Shown: piece by piece, positions 1 to 11,943 of the stretch
Layout of the letters: each line of letters begins with the position of its first letter
How positions within the stretch are numbered: position 1 is the stretch's first letter
Assembly (NCBI RefSeq): GCF_964204645.1
Contig: NC_134035.1
Location: 10,510,451-10,574,450, forward strand
DNA: 64,000 bases
Origin: Tubulanus polymorphus
Taxonomy: Eukaryota; Animalia; Nemertea
Direction of reading: 5' to 3'
Program-made: the position numbers and the translations under genes
The notes under the pieces: generated by a model
The model's database searches: none
The model's input: only the letters and a program-made list of their open reading frames with translations
Told to the model about the DNA's origin: nothing

Positions 1-2746
1 GGCACTATCGGCCGGGTCATTTTGTAAACTGCAATTAGAATTTGTAATCAGTTCATTTCTATAAGAAACAAAGTATCAATTTCTTTAGCCTAATCTGTAG
101 AACGTGCTGGGTCTATGTATGTTACGTTAGTTAAAGAATTAAGCGAATTAGGGATATACGTTTTGCTATGGAATTTTTACACCTATACGAGTAGGTTTGA
201 TTTGTTCTTTTTAAATTGCAGTTTCTTCAAATAAATGCAATAACTGCTGGACTTCTGGACCTGGTTCTATAGCTTTAGCTGAAATTTATTTTCTAGATTC
301 TTGGAAAAGAGAACTGATTTAAACTCTACTTATACTGGAACTATAGAACTGGGGGTCCGTAACCACTCATCTAACTCTTGCCTTTGTCTAATGGTGTTAT
401 TTTAACGACATGTAAAATGTAAATAGTAATATATCTATATATAGGTATGATTTTAATTTGTATCAGATTATACGCAATAGTACACGTATATGTATTTCCA
501 GAGGCGATTTATGCGAAAATGTACAAAATCCCGCGAAAATAAAATCGTGTGTGAAATAATTTATCCTAAAATGAAGTTTATGAATTTAAGATTTTCTTGT
601 CTCGGTCAAAAAATTCATTTACCACTTTTCAGTAAAACAATGCAATTTTTTTCATTCCCTTCATTTATTATATGACGCACATTTCTTAATTTTCGGAATT
701 ATCTAAGGCTATACATCCTTCGGATATATATGATAATCGAAACAGCCTGTAATGTCTATATGCCTATATTTTGACCAAATCTAAAATTGACATCAATCAA
801 TCTTAATTTAAGAAGCGTAAAGGTCTTAGCTTATTTCATTTAGATAATAGAAAACAATGATACAGTAGGTGTGTGATACTGCTAACCACATATATAGATT
901 CTTATCATAAAGGTAGGGGCACACGAGCGTATTTTTTCGCCCGATCGCGGCGAATTCATAAATCGCCCGAAAAAATAGCTCGTGTGATCACTCACGGCGA
1001 CGAAAGCCGATCGTACGGCGAATCGCCCATATCAAACATGTTTAATCTTTTCGCCCGATTATCTACGCCCGCAAATTCGCTCATCTACCCGATGAACCAA
1101 TAGGATGCATTGTTTATATTATATTCATGTGATTTGTTAACTCTCTCCCACTAAGTGCCAGTCGTTGACCGAATTTCGGTTTGATCACTACGTGTGCCCG
1201 CTCGTATCGGGCGTATAAATTCGTCGGCGAATTCGCTAACAGACGCAAAATATCGTTGATAGAAGATCGTTGGCGGTACATTGTATAACGAATGTGTTCT
1301 CTATGAGTTTGAAAAGGCCTGTTCTAGAATTTCGTTGGCGTTATGGCGTAGGGTGAGAAGTGCTATAACGAGAGCTATAGATACCAATGAACTGTGCACA
1401 AGGATATTCCTGGCGATATTACGGATGGTGGTTTAACGAGCTTTGACTGTATATCTAGTTTATACGTCCATGATAAATCTTAGATTCCAACTCTGAAGAC
1501 CCGCATATGTTATAGATTGACTCATGTAATATAAACATTAGACACTAACTTCCTGGTGTAGTGACACTTCTTTCACTCATCTTGATGTTAGCAAGACTTC
1601 CAAGTAAAAATTATTACGGTAATAATTTTTATATTTTGGTAATACCAAAATATACGAAAATTGAAAAAAATTGAAAAGTTGTATTATCTATTCACAAGCA
1701 GCTGCGTGCGACAAGTCAGTGATGCACTTTGGGGGTTTAATCGTGGGCTTTAAAACGTTAGTTTGACCGCTTAACGACTTGCCGGACTACATAATTATAC
1801 ACTAGCCCTATGAAGCAGCCAAAACCAGTGAGACAGACACAGGTTCGATTGCCACAATCGAACCAATTAAAACACCACAAAGTAACCACTCGAACCATGC
1901 ACGTGGTGGTTATTACGGATGAAAAATCGATCGTATAACGTATATTTTAAAACGTACAAGTGCGAGCATCACCAGGAAGGTATCACGCTCAGCATCATCA
2001 CTACCGGTATATATACCCACAGGCAAGTATTTCATTCATCCATCTCATTTGCATATGGTTAGTTTTTTTGCCAAAAATATACGAATGAAAAACATTGGAA
2101 CATACACAATGGTTTCCAACGGATGAATCTCACAGTTGATTATTGTCGCTTGTCGTCTTGTGCACGAATAATGTAATTCATATCGTCGTGTAAGGACTTT
2201 AAAAATGATATTGATAACGACAAAACAGTCGGGAATATAGCGAGTTTTTTGTCTACTCTCCCCGGTCAAAATCATCGAATATCGCTATACATAAGTTGAT
2301 TTTTTTCATCTTTGAAATTATCAATCTCTGTAGAAAAATTCTATCATCGATCATTTTATTCAATTACAAAATTCACGATAACATGTCAGTTACCCTTAAA
2401 GGGTGGCCACTTACCTGGAAATCACGGAGAAGTCATTTTCTCAAGATTCAGGGAATTTAGACAAATAGCTAACAAGTCCGGGAAAAATTGTTGAGATAGC
2501 TCGCCAGATTGCGAGTAAAGTAAAACAGTTTCTGTCTATGTCTTACATGTATTTGACTGTGTTAATTGATTGGATTCTTGGTAGATCAACACGAGGAAAA
2601 TAACGTGCATGTCAGGGAATAGTCAGGGAAAAGCCGGTCAAATGATTAGTGGCTACCCTGATTATTAGCGAAAGATTTCTTAAGATATTCATCAGATTTG
2701 TTCTTACGATTTTAGCATAGTATATTGGTATTAGATCACGCGAATC

Positions 2747-3838
2747 ATGTTTACCCGTCTCAAGATAATTGGAATAGCCTGTTTCATCGTCACTTCGATG
2801 TTTTTGGTGTTTAGCGAGAATCTGAGGAACAGACTGCATGCAGCAGGGCTGGGGACAACGCAACACGTGATGCAAGTACCTGTTGTTTACAATGAAATTG
2901 TCGCCGATTTATTGGAACAGAATCTGCCCTTTACGGATAAAAACTGCGGTCACGTGCCTAAAAGAATACACCAGACGTGGAAAACTGAAAATATCCCGAC
3001 TTCGTTCAAAAAATATATCACGTCTTGGGTGAAACTTCACCCCGATTGGGAATATTGGTTGTGGACCGATAGCATCGCCGACGAGTTCGTTAAACGCAGA
3101 TTTCCTGCGTATTATCCGATGTACAAAAATTATGGACAGGGAATTCACAGAGCCGACGCGATTCGGTATTTCATACTCTATACGTTCGGTGGACTGTACG
3201 CTGATTTAGATATGGAAGCCTTGCGGCCATTCGATCATTTGCTGAACACCCACACGGCGATGATAACCGAAGATCATCCTGCCCATAGCGTCGTTTATTG
3301 GGGTCGACCGCGACCATCGACTTTAAACGCGTTAATGACGTCAACGCCAAAACATAAATATCTACGGAAAATAATCGAATATCTTCCCACAGCTGATAAA
3401 GCAACAAGTAAAGGTGATGTTGTTGATAAAACTGGTCCATTCATGACTGATGCGGTTTTAGTTGCGTATGAGAAATCCGTGGGCGGTGTGGGCAACAGAA
3501 CCGTGTCGTTATGCGATGCAGTCTATTTTGCGCCATACAGTCGATTTATCCCTGACTTCGACCTCTTCAATGCGAAGCCGATTGTAAACGGATGTAAAAA
3601 CCCCGGACCCCCTTCAACACCTCGAGGTAAAACTTGTGAAATGTTGAAACGCGACAATTTCAAGAATAAGCCACACGGACCGGAAGTGATGTCAAATCAC
3701 GCATTCCATCACACGTATTACGATAAACCCGAATACAAGTTAGTGTTTACTGTTCGCGAAATCGTGAAAAAACCGTTCGACATCAAAACATTTATAGCCA
3801 ATATGAAACCTGATAGAGACTTCGAGAAATTAGTTTGA
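2747..3838 (+). CDS. GT32 DXD glycosyltransferase copy 1 (OCH1/SUR1/A4GALT-like, type II membrane), 363 aa
   Basis: N-terminal TM helix, VPKRIHQTWK, RADAIRYFILYTFGGLYADLD (DXD), KTGP and C-terminal His motif; uninterrupted ORF; acceptor-like TATTAG at 2733-2734 just before the ATG. Confidence 0.92.
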   Translation: MFTRLKIIGIACFIVTSMFLVFSENLRNRLHAAGLGTTQHVMQVPVVYNEIVADLLEQNLPFTDKNCGHVPKRIHQTWKTENIPTSFKKYITSWVKLHPDWEYWLWTDSIADEFVKRRFPAYYPMYKNYGQGIHRADAIRYFILYTFGGLYADLDMEALRPFDHLLNTHTAMITEDHPAHSVVYWGRPRPSTLNALMTSTPKHKYLRKIIEYLPTADKATSKGDVVDKTGPFMTDAVLVAYEKSVGGVGNRTVSLCDAVYFAPYSRFIPDFDLFNAKPIVNGCKNPGPPSTPRGKTCEMLKRDNFKNKPHGPEVMSNHAFHHTYYDKPEYKLVFTVREIVKKPFDIKTFIANMKPDRDFEKLV

Positions 3839-3847
3839 GTATAAACT

Positions 3848-3993
3848 GAGAGAGTTTTGAATTTTCGCGCGAGAAAACCAAAATGTTTTGAATTCTCGCG
3901 CAAGAAAACCAAACTTTTTGAAAATCTTTTTATCGTTGCTCTAGCCGTACAGAAAGTACGGCCCGTTTAGTATGGCCCGAATCAGCCACCATA
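3848..3993 (-). mobile_element. Short TATGG-terminated element; inverted relatives at about 6458-6590 and 15245-15378
   Basis: Reverse complement reads TATGGTGGCTGATT.GG.CCATACTAAA...GGTTTTCTCGCGCGAGAATTCAAAAC; absent from the paralogous flank of copy 2. Confidence 0.6.
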
Positions 3994-5330
3994 GATTTGA
4001 CTACAAAAGCGCCTGTAATTCTGTTGGATTCGAACCGGCGCGGTACTGGTACCGATCCGACGCGTTCGTTGTTCTAAATTCAATGCCGTTGCTGAGGCAA
4101 TTTTCGGACGTGGTTCATTGTGAAAATATTAAACGACTCAATCTCGATGTAAACATCACACATTCAATAAATTCTAGAATCACCCACGGTCATTTTGACT
4201 ATTACTGTCGTTTTTCTCTTTGGACCGTGACGTATTCTTCCGGAACATCCCCCCCACGAAGCGCTAAACCGGACGAGCTCTGACGTCGACTTTTCAGCTA
4301 GTCAAATTCGGTTAAAAAGATATTGTGTAGTATCCACATATACGCGTTTATCAAAGGAACGTCCCCCAGCGCACGTCTTTTTACTTTTTTATGAATTTCG
4401 TGAACTCTCGTGAAAAATATGAACATTGTATGAACATGATATGAATTATTTACTCACTCACCAATTTACTCAATTAACCTGTTCTCCTCTGTATATATAC
4501 CCCTGTTTTTAGTCTATATCTCACACCTGACGATGATATTTAGGGTGAGATCGAAACGTCGTGTCTTCTATATATTTTAGATTGAATGAATAAATTATTG
4601 TTTTTAAATTCTTTTAATCTGTAGATGGTGGGTTTTTATCTTATTATATGAACATTGTATCTAAATTTTTTGACACTGACATTTTAGGGGGTTCGTTCGC
4701 TATCCCCAAACAACCCCCCCCCCCCCACTCAACACGGCCAGTCATGCGACATTCGTAAACATGATTTTTTAAAAGCTGCAAGCACTTCTATGACATTACG
4801 GTTCGTAAACCATATGTAGCAGTAGTAGGTTAATTCATCTTGGAAACGGACGTGGATCCTATATACTTTTCCATCGATTTCTAGCGTTTTTCAAATTTGT
4901 CGTAGCATATGGTAAATATCGACTTTCCATTGTCACCGTTTGAATATCATCATATATTTTATGTTGCCGTGGAGGCGTAACGTCGCGTTGGCCCTCATTC
5001 ACATCCAACCTTTTTCAAAGACCAGACTGATCTAAGAGGGTGATAGGATTATATTCGCTCATCCAAAAAGGTAAGATTTTCAAAGTAGTGAATGAAAGAT
5101 ATACGACACTAAATGTAACGGAATAATTATATATTTCTTCAAGTTTCACCTCATGATATTCTTCTCGATTTCCTTTTCTCAATCACGAAATAATCGACGG
5201 CGGAATTCCATCGGAATTCCAACTGTAGAAGAAACTGACAATATTATCATTAGCCTGCATGCCAAAATTGTTGTTACAAAGGAGAACGTAGTTCACATGA
5301 CAATATCAAAGAATGGAAATATGCTTTATT
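3992..5330 (+). repeat. Segmental duplication of GT32 3' flank (matches about 8268-9300)
   Basis: Colinear high identity downstream of copies 1 and 2. Confidence 0.85.
4523..4564 (+). ncRNA. Second copy of the Penelope-like hammerhead (stem II mutated), element to about 4645
   Basis: ACAC-CUGACGA-U-GAUAUUUAGGGUGAGAUC-GAAACGUC-GUGU followed by the same tail as 24915-24994. Confidence 0.65.
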
Positions 5331-5339
5331 TTTTTGGTT

Positions 5340-6945
5340 TTTCATGGTTTTTCATAGCTAGTGGAATATGCCCACTCAATCACTAATTAAATAGTGTTGC
5401 CGTGGGAGACACGTGGAGCCGCTGCGTAAAGCCCTTGAGTCACATTCAACCTTTTTTCGTGACAGAACCGAAATAAGAGGAGCGGTCCATATATTCACGT
5501 AAACAGATCTATATAGTAAAAGTCAAATGTATTGAATGAAAGATATGCGACACTAAAAGAAATGGAATGATAAACACGTCTTCCTTGAAATTAATTAATG
5601 TTGTTAACAAAATTACGAAGATTTCTTTCGCAGAGTGTATCCAGTCGATGAAACACGTTAAGCTGTTTAACCGGACTCGAAAACAGCTACTGATAATATC
5701 AGCCACATGCAAAAATTTTTACAACGGAGAACGTAGTTCAGATGGCAATCTAAGAAAGGATATTATGCTTTATTTGCAACTTATTGTAATTATATTGTAT
5801 CGGTGGCAGCGCGATAGTTGGGCAGTACAGTCGAAATTTTTCTCTTCGCTATTTATTTAAACAAGACCGTTAGGAACAAAGCATATTGATAATACGGTGG
5901 AATTAACAGTCTCGACAGACTTATAACGATAGGGATAACAAATCAAGCAATATTAAATATATACAGTGTACAACAAAATGGAAAGTGTAAACGCATAAAC
6001 TTTGATAAAATGAAACCATGGAACTATTTCATTGTCACGCCATTTCATATTATAGATATTTAATCAGCTTATTTTCAGTAATTTAGTCGTAGCTAACAAA
6101 AAAACCAATTTAATGCATAAACGTTCACCATTCACATATATACATGTATACATACAGTCTAAGCCTGGCTGATCGGAATATCATGTATATGTTTTATTTG
6201 GCCCTCGACGCATATCTTCAATCAACCACCGTTCTGATCCGGGTCAAGTCCTCTTATAATCATCAAAATTTAAAAGGAATAAAGCCCTAGATATTTCATT
6301 CAAATCTCGATGTCCAGGTTACTGGATATGTTTACCCTCGGGGAATAGTCGACAATCATGTGCTGAGCCCGTAAAGCTTGCGCTCCCCGGCAGGGATTCG
6401 ATCCTCCGCATAAAATTAGTATTTTCGTTGAACCTGATTCCATCGAGGCTCGTCACCTATGGTGGCTGATTTGGCCCATACTAAAAAATGTTTCAAAAGA
6501 GCAACGATGAAAAAAAAAATTTTCACATTGGCCCGTTTTTTGGTTTTCTCGCGCGAGAATTCAAAACTTTTGGTTTTCAGTCACCGAGTACAGTCGCAAT
6601 TGTTTACTAGAACTTTAATGAACATACTTTTTACAGCCTCTCCTTTTATTTACAGCCTCTCCTTTTATTTACAGCCTCTCCTTTTATTTACAGCCTCTCC
6701 TTTTATTTACAGCCTCTCCTTTTTACAGCCTCTCCATTTTATAGCCTCTCCTTTTTACAGCCTGTCCTTTTATTTACAGCCTCTCCTTTTACTACCTCTC
6801 CTTTTTACAGCCTCTCCTTTTTACTGCCTCTCCTTTTTACAGCCTCTCCTTTTATTTACAGCCTCTCCTTTTACTACCTCTCCTTTTTTACTGCCTCTCA
6901 ACGAAACATTTGTGATAATAATCAGATTTTTTTGAATCCTTTAGC
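5340..6945 (+). repeat. Segmental duplication of GT32 5' flank (matches about 13505-18095)
   Basis: Colinear high identity; second copy has a MITE insertion and the expanded minisatellite. Confidence 0.85.
6628..6899 (+). repeat. Minisatellite, 17-21-bp unit TTT(ATTT)ACAGCCTCTCCT, about 15 units
   Basis: Directly visible tandem repeat ending about 45 bp before the copy 2 ATG. Confidence 0.95.
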
Positions 6946-8169
6946 ATGGTACGCATTAGACACATTTTGCTTGAACCAAATCGTCTCAAGATAATCGGAT
7001 TGGTCAGCTTAATCCTAACTTCGTTGTTTTTGGTGTTCAACGCGCTGAGCGGCCTGAAAGCGGCAGTGTGTGGTTCAACGCAATCCTACATGATCGCATA
7101 CGATGACGCCGTTGCCAATTTATTAGAACAGAACACGAGGAGCAGCCTGCAGGTGTTAGTGCATCGTGACGGTACCGTGAATGCTTCTACATCACAACAC
7201 AGTATAAAGGTTCCCGTTATGTACAATGATATCGTTGCCATTTTACTGGAACAGTTTCACTTTACGGATAGTAAATGCGGTCACGTGCCTAAAAGAATAC
7301 ACCAGACCTGGAAAACTGAAAATATCCCGATTTCGTTTAAAAAGTATATCACGTCTTGGGTGAAACTTCACCCCGATTGGGAATATTGGTTGTGGACCGA
7401 TAGCATGGCCGACGAGTTCGTTAAACGCAGATTTCCTGCGTATTACCCGATGTACAAAAATTATGAAGAGGGAATTCACAGAGCCGACGCGATTCGGTAT
7501 TTCATACTCTATACGTTCGGTGGACTGTACGCTGATTTAGATATGGAAGCCTTCCGACCATTCGATCATTTGCTGAACACCCACACGGCGATGATACCCG
7601 AAGATCATCCGGCCCATAGCGTCGTTAATTGGAATCTGTCGCGACCTTCGACTTTAAACGCGTTAATGGCGTCAACGCCAAAACATAAATATCTACGGAA
7701 AATAATCGAATTTCTTCCGAGAGTGGATAAAGCAACAAGTAAAAGTGATGTTGTTTGCAAAACTGGTCCATTCCTGACTGATGCGGTTTTAGTTGCCTAT
7801 GTGAAATCCGTGGGTTTTGAGGGCAACAGAACCGTGTCGTTATGCGATGCAGTCTATTTCGCGCCATACAGTCGATTCATTCCTGACTTTGACACGAATG
7901 CTTTACAGAGCATGAAAAACGGATGTAATAACCCCGGACCCCCTTCAACACCTCGAGGTAAAACTTGTGAAATGTTGAAACGCGACAATTTCAAGAATAA
8001 GCCACACGGACCGGAAGTGATGTCGAATCACGCATTTCACCACACGTATTACGATAAACCCGAATACAAGTTAGTGTTTTCCGTTCGCGAAATCGTGAAA
8101 AAACCGTTCGACATCAAAACATTGATAGCAAATATGAATCCCGATAGAGACTTCGAGAAATTAGTTTGA
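6946..8169 (+). CDS. GT32 glycosyltransferase copy 2, 407 aa (long stem)
   Basis: Same motifs as copy 1; ATG directly follows TTTAG|C. Confidence 0.92.
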   Translation: MVRIRHILLEPNRLKIIGLVSLILTSLFLVFNALSGLKAAVCGSTQSYMIAYDDAVANLLEQNTRSSLQVLVHRDGTVNASTSQHSIKVPVMYNDIVAILLEQFHFTDSKCGHVPKRIHQTWKTENIPISFKKYITSWVKLHPDWEYWLWTDSMADEFVKRRFPAYYPMYKNYEEGIHRADAIRYFILYTFGGLYADLDMEAFRPFDHLLNTHTAMIPEDHPAHSVVNWNLSRPSTLNALMASTPKHKYLRKIIEFLPRVDKATSKSDVVCKTGPFLTDAVLVAYVKSVGFEGNRTVSLCDAVYFAPYSRFIPDFDTNALQSMKNGCNNPGPPSTPRGKTCEMLKRDNFKNKPHGPEVMSNHAFHHTYYDKPEYKLVFSVREIVKKPFDIKTLIANMNPDRDFEKLV

Positions 8170-11100
8170 GTATAAACTGATTTTAACTATTACCGTTCCG
8201 TGATTCCACTCACCATTATACCCAGTTTTAAATACAATTTTAAAAAAAAACTGTGCTGTGGCGCAGATTTGACTACATAAAGCGCCGGTAATTCTGTGGG
8301 ATTCCAACCGGCGCGGTACTGGTACCGATCCGACGCGTTCGTTATTCTAAATTCGATGCCGTTGCTAAGGCAATTTTCGGACGTGCTTCATGGTGAAATT
8401 AAGATGTAAACATCACACATTCAATAAATTCTAGAATCACCCGCCCAGTCAAAGCGGTCAATTTGACTAATACTGCCGTTTTTCTCTTTGGACCGTGACG
8501 TAATTCTTCCGGAACATCCCCACGAAGCGCTAAACCGGACGAGCTCTGACGTCATTTTTTCAGACTTTTCAGCTAGTCAAATTCAGTTAAAAAGATATTT
8601 TGTAGTATCCACATACACGCGTTTATCAAAGGAACGTCCCCCGGCATCCGGCAAATTTTTTGACGCTGAAATTTTAGGGGGTTCTTTCGCTATCCCCGAA
8701 CCCCAACTCAACACGGCCGGTCATGCGACATTCGTAAACATGATTCTTAAGAGTTGCATGCACTTCTATGAAACTATTTCTAGTAAACCATATGTAGCAG
8801 TAGTAGGTTTACTCGTTGTTGTAGCAATAATGGAAAATATCCACTTTCCATTGTCATCGTTTGAATATCATCATATATTTTATGTTGCCGTGGAGGCGTA
8901 ACGTCGCGTTGGCCCTTATTCACATCCAACCTTTTTCAAAGACCAGACTGATCTAAGAGGGTGATAGGATTATATTCGCTAATCCAAAAAGGTAAGATTC
9001 TATTAGTGGTGAAAGATATACGACACTAAATGTAACGGAATAATTATATATTTCTTCAAGTTTCACCTCATGATATTCTTCTCAATTAATTTCCTTTTTC
9101 TCAATCATGAAATAATCGACGGAATTCCATCGGAGTGTTTTTTTTCAAATCGATGAATAATGTTGAGCGTTTTTCAAAACAGTACAACTGTAGAAGAAAC
9201 TGATAATATTATCATTAGCCTGCATGCCAAAATTGTTGTTACAAAGGAGGACGTAGTTCACATGACAATATCAAAAGAATGGAAATATGCTTTATTTGCA
9301 ACTTGTAGTTATCCGCATGGTAGCCATGTCTGGGCATCCGATTCGGCCGAATATTGTATAGAATTTATCTCTATTCGAATACAGAAAAGTTACATTCTAC
9401 AGAGAATCAAAATCAATTTTTGAAAAAGAAACATATTTAAGACTGATTAATACGGTACATGTTGATTAGGCCTAGCTGATCGGAACATAATAGCAACGTG
9501 TGCAAGATTATTCAGCATCGAGTACCGACGACACATATTTTCACATCGACCACCGTTCCGATCCGGGTCAAGTCCAAAATTCATAATGAAGCCCTATATA
9601 TTCAATCATTGAGGTCCATGTTAACAGTTATAATATACCTTCCAACCAACCAGCGAAACAATTTGGTTCAAGTCCTCTTATTATCAAAATTTGAACAAGA
9701 AAAAAATAAAGCCCAATACTTTTAATTTATGTAATACTTGATGACTAGGTTTCCCGGTATCAGATTTCCCACGAAAGAGTAAACGAACAATAAATAGGTA
9801 GCCGAGCCCAAAGGTTTGCTGCGTTCTATTCCAAGCCAAGGAGATGGTCACTTCCACTAAGTTATAAGCTTGTTTAAAGAATTGGAGTTGAAATGAGACT
9901 CGATTAATTACTGCAGTGAATACGTCGAAATTCTTAACTGAATTAAAAACAAGGTTAGTGCCATATTGCTACACCTTCTATATTTCGTTTTTCCTTGAGA
10001 AATTCATATTTTTCCGCTAGCAAGGAAATTTTGTTATTCCGCATCGAATTGGCTTTTCCCTAGATGCAGAAAAAATACACGAAATAGTATTTCTTAATTC
10101 ATAAATCAGAAAAAACTTTTTTTTTTCTCATGTCCCCAGGACGCTTCCGTAGTTCTGTTCTTCCGATATAGATAAGGTTTTTCGCTAGAGAGAATACAAA
10201 TTTCGTTGTTCCGTAGCCTATCGAGGCTAATGAAGGATCGTCCTGGGGACATGCGATCGGAAAACAAAATTTTGGAATCAACTCTGATATTCTGATATAA
10301 TAACTCCATGTAAAATCGCTAAGCTTACGATTGAATCGAAATTATTTTCCTCTGAAATGTCGGAAATAATTACAATTTGTTTTTAATCAGTTGAAATTGC
10401 CATAACTGTTGTCCCAGGGATATTTCCATTATGTGAACAAAAGTCTTTCGAATTCACTTTGAAAGAAAATCGTGGAACCAAATATTTAATGTAGATTGAA
10501 TATTTAATGTAAAATATTTCATTCCGAGATATTTTCAGCTGAAAAAATTCGCCTCGTGTGTCACAAAATTGATTACTTACTGCTATTCGTCCTATATGAA
10601 ATAGAAATGCCGTGAAAATGATAATTTCATGATTTTATGATTTTAGAAAATAATATCGATAATAATAGTATTTTTACGGATCCACCTGCAAGAATTTTGC
10701 AAAAACCAAAACATTTTTTCCAACAGTCCTTCCGAGATTTTATGTAGAAAAAAATACTTGAATAAAAACAAAAATCTATTTTCATTTCTTTCCTGTTCCC
10801 TTCCATTTTTATACGCCTATTATGAAAAAATTCTAAGAAGTATTTTTTATTTCTATTTTTTGCCCTTTGCCCTCCCATTATGTTTGTCTTGAAGTGATTC
10901 TTTTCTCAAGAAATAAAATCAAGACCTTACATCTGATTGATACAGCACAAAGCTGTATGCCACTGATCAAGTGTTATAGGTGTCCGTAGTTAGCCAGATT
11001 TGCGAGACCCGTGGGAGGGCACATAATTACCGAAGTATCCGGTGGCACCGCTTCTTCGAAGCATCCCCCGTGGCAGGGATTCCAACCCGATAGCATCGCG

Positions 11101-11421
11101 AGACTCTGCCACGGCACGAAACCGGGCCCATAGTCAAGGGTTAGGCTTAAGACCAAAACTATTTAAGTTATATAGCCTATCTAACAACTTAAGACCAGTA
11201 TCATGATTTAAGACCGAGTTTCGATTATGGAACAGGAGACCCTGCAGTTCCGTATGGGCAGGTACCAGTCCTGTGCAGCCCACTGCACAAAAATCAATCG
11301 GCAGCGCCAAACAAATAGCCTGTCGTAAGCTATAATCGATTATTCAAATCCACAGAAAACACACGAATATAATATAATAACCAGGGTTGAAATGGAATGT
11401 GATTTCTGTTTCGCTGTATTT

Positions 11422-11636
11422 TATGGAACGCCATCCTAGCAAAAACTCTACATCGAATTTAAACAACGTATACTCACAAACTTACAACCAACTCACAAAC
11501 GCTAACTATAACTGTTGAAAAATGCATCTTGGTTATAGAATTATAAACAAATTTTGTAAGATTGTGAGTTGGTTGCAAGATTGCGAGTACGTTGTTTAAA
11601 TGCGATATAGAGTTTTTGCTAGGATGGCGTTCCATA
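11422..11636. mobile_element. Palindromic MITE with TATGG...CCATA ends and 6-bp TSD GTATTT (IS3EU-like)
   Basis: Long terminal inverted repeats; TSD at 11416-11421 and 11637-11642. Confidence 0.85.
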
Positions 11637-11943
11637 GTATTTACAATCTGCGCACTCGGACAGGCAGGGTTTCGTGCTGAATCGATCGATGCACTAAGGT
11701 TCGAATCTCTGTTGAGGGAGGATACTTCTTAAGACGGGATACCGGGATTTTATACGTTGGTATAAATGGCAAACGACTGTTTAAAACGATTAATCCATTA
11801 AATCAAAATCTTTTCGGAGTTGCCATTTATAAAAAACCGATATAGAAAAAGCTGTTAACCAGAACTTTCATAAATTGTTTTGACAAGTCTCCCTCAACGT
11901 GAAACATTTTTGATATTTATAAGATTTTCTTTTCGATCCTAGC

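Noticed and set aside
2909-3495. Recurrent antisense ORFs over the GT32 genes (also at 7.2-7.9, 12.1-12.7, 18.4-18.6 and 47.7-48.3 kb)
   Set aside because: Shadows of conserved coding sequence; recurrence reflects paralogy
3425-3600. Diversity-generating retroelement (TR/VR) explanation of the hypervariability
   Set aside because: Variation is not adenine-specific and there is no intact RT; nearby RT remnants are decayed LINEs
6459-6935. 158-aa ORF (and 89-aa ORF at 15246-15515)
   Set aside because: Translation of a transposon end plus the stop-poor minisatellite; not a credible gene
8488-8901. 137-aa ORF in GT32 3' flank
   Set aside because: TTG start; the paralogous flank (4220-4980) is interrupted by insertions and stops
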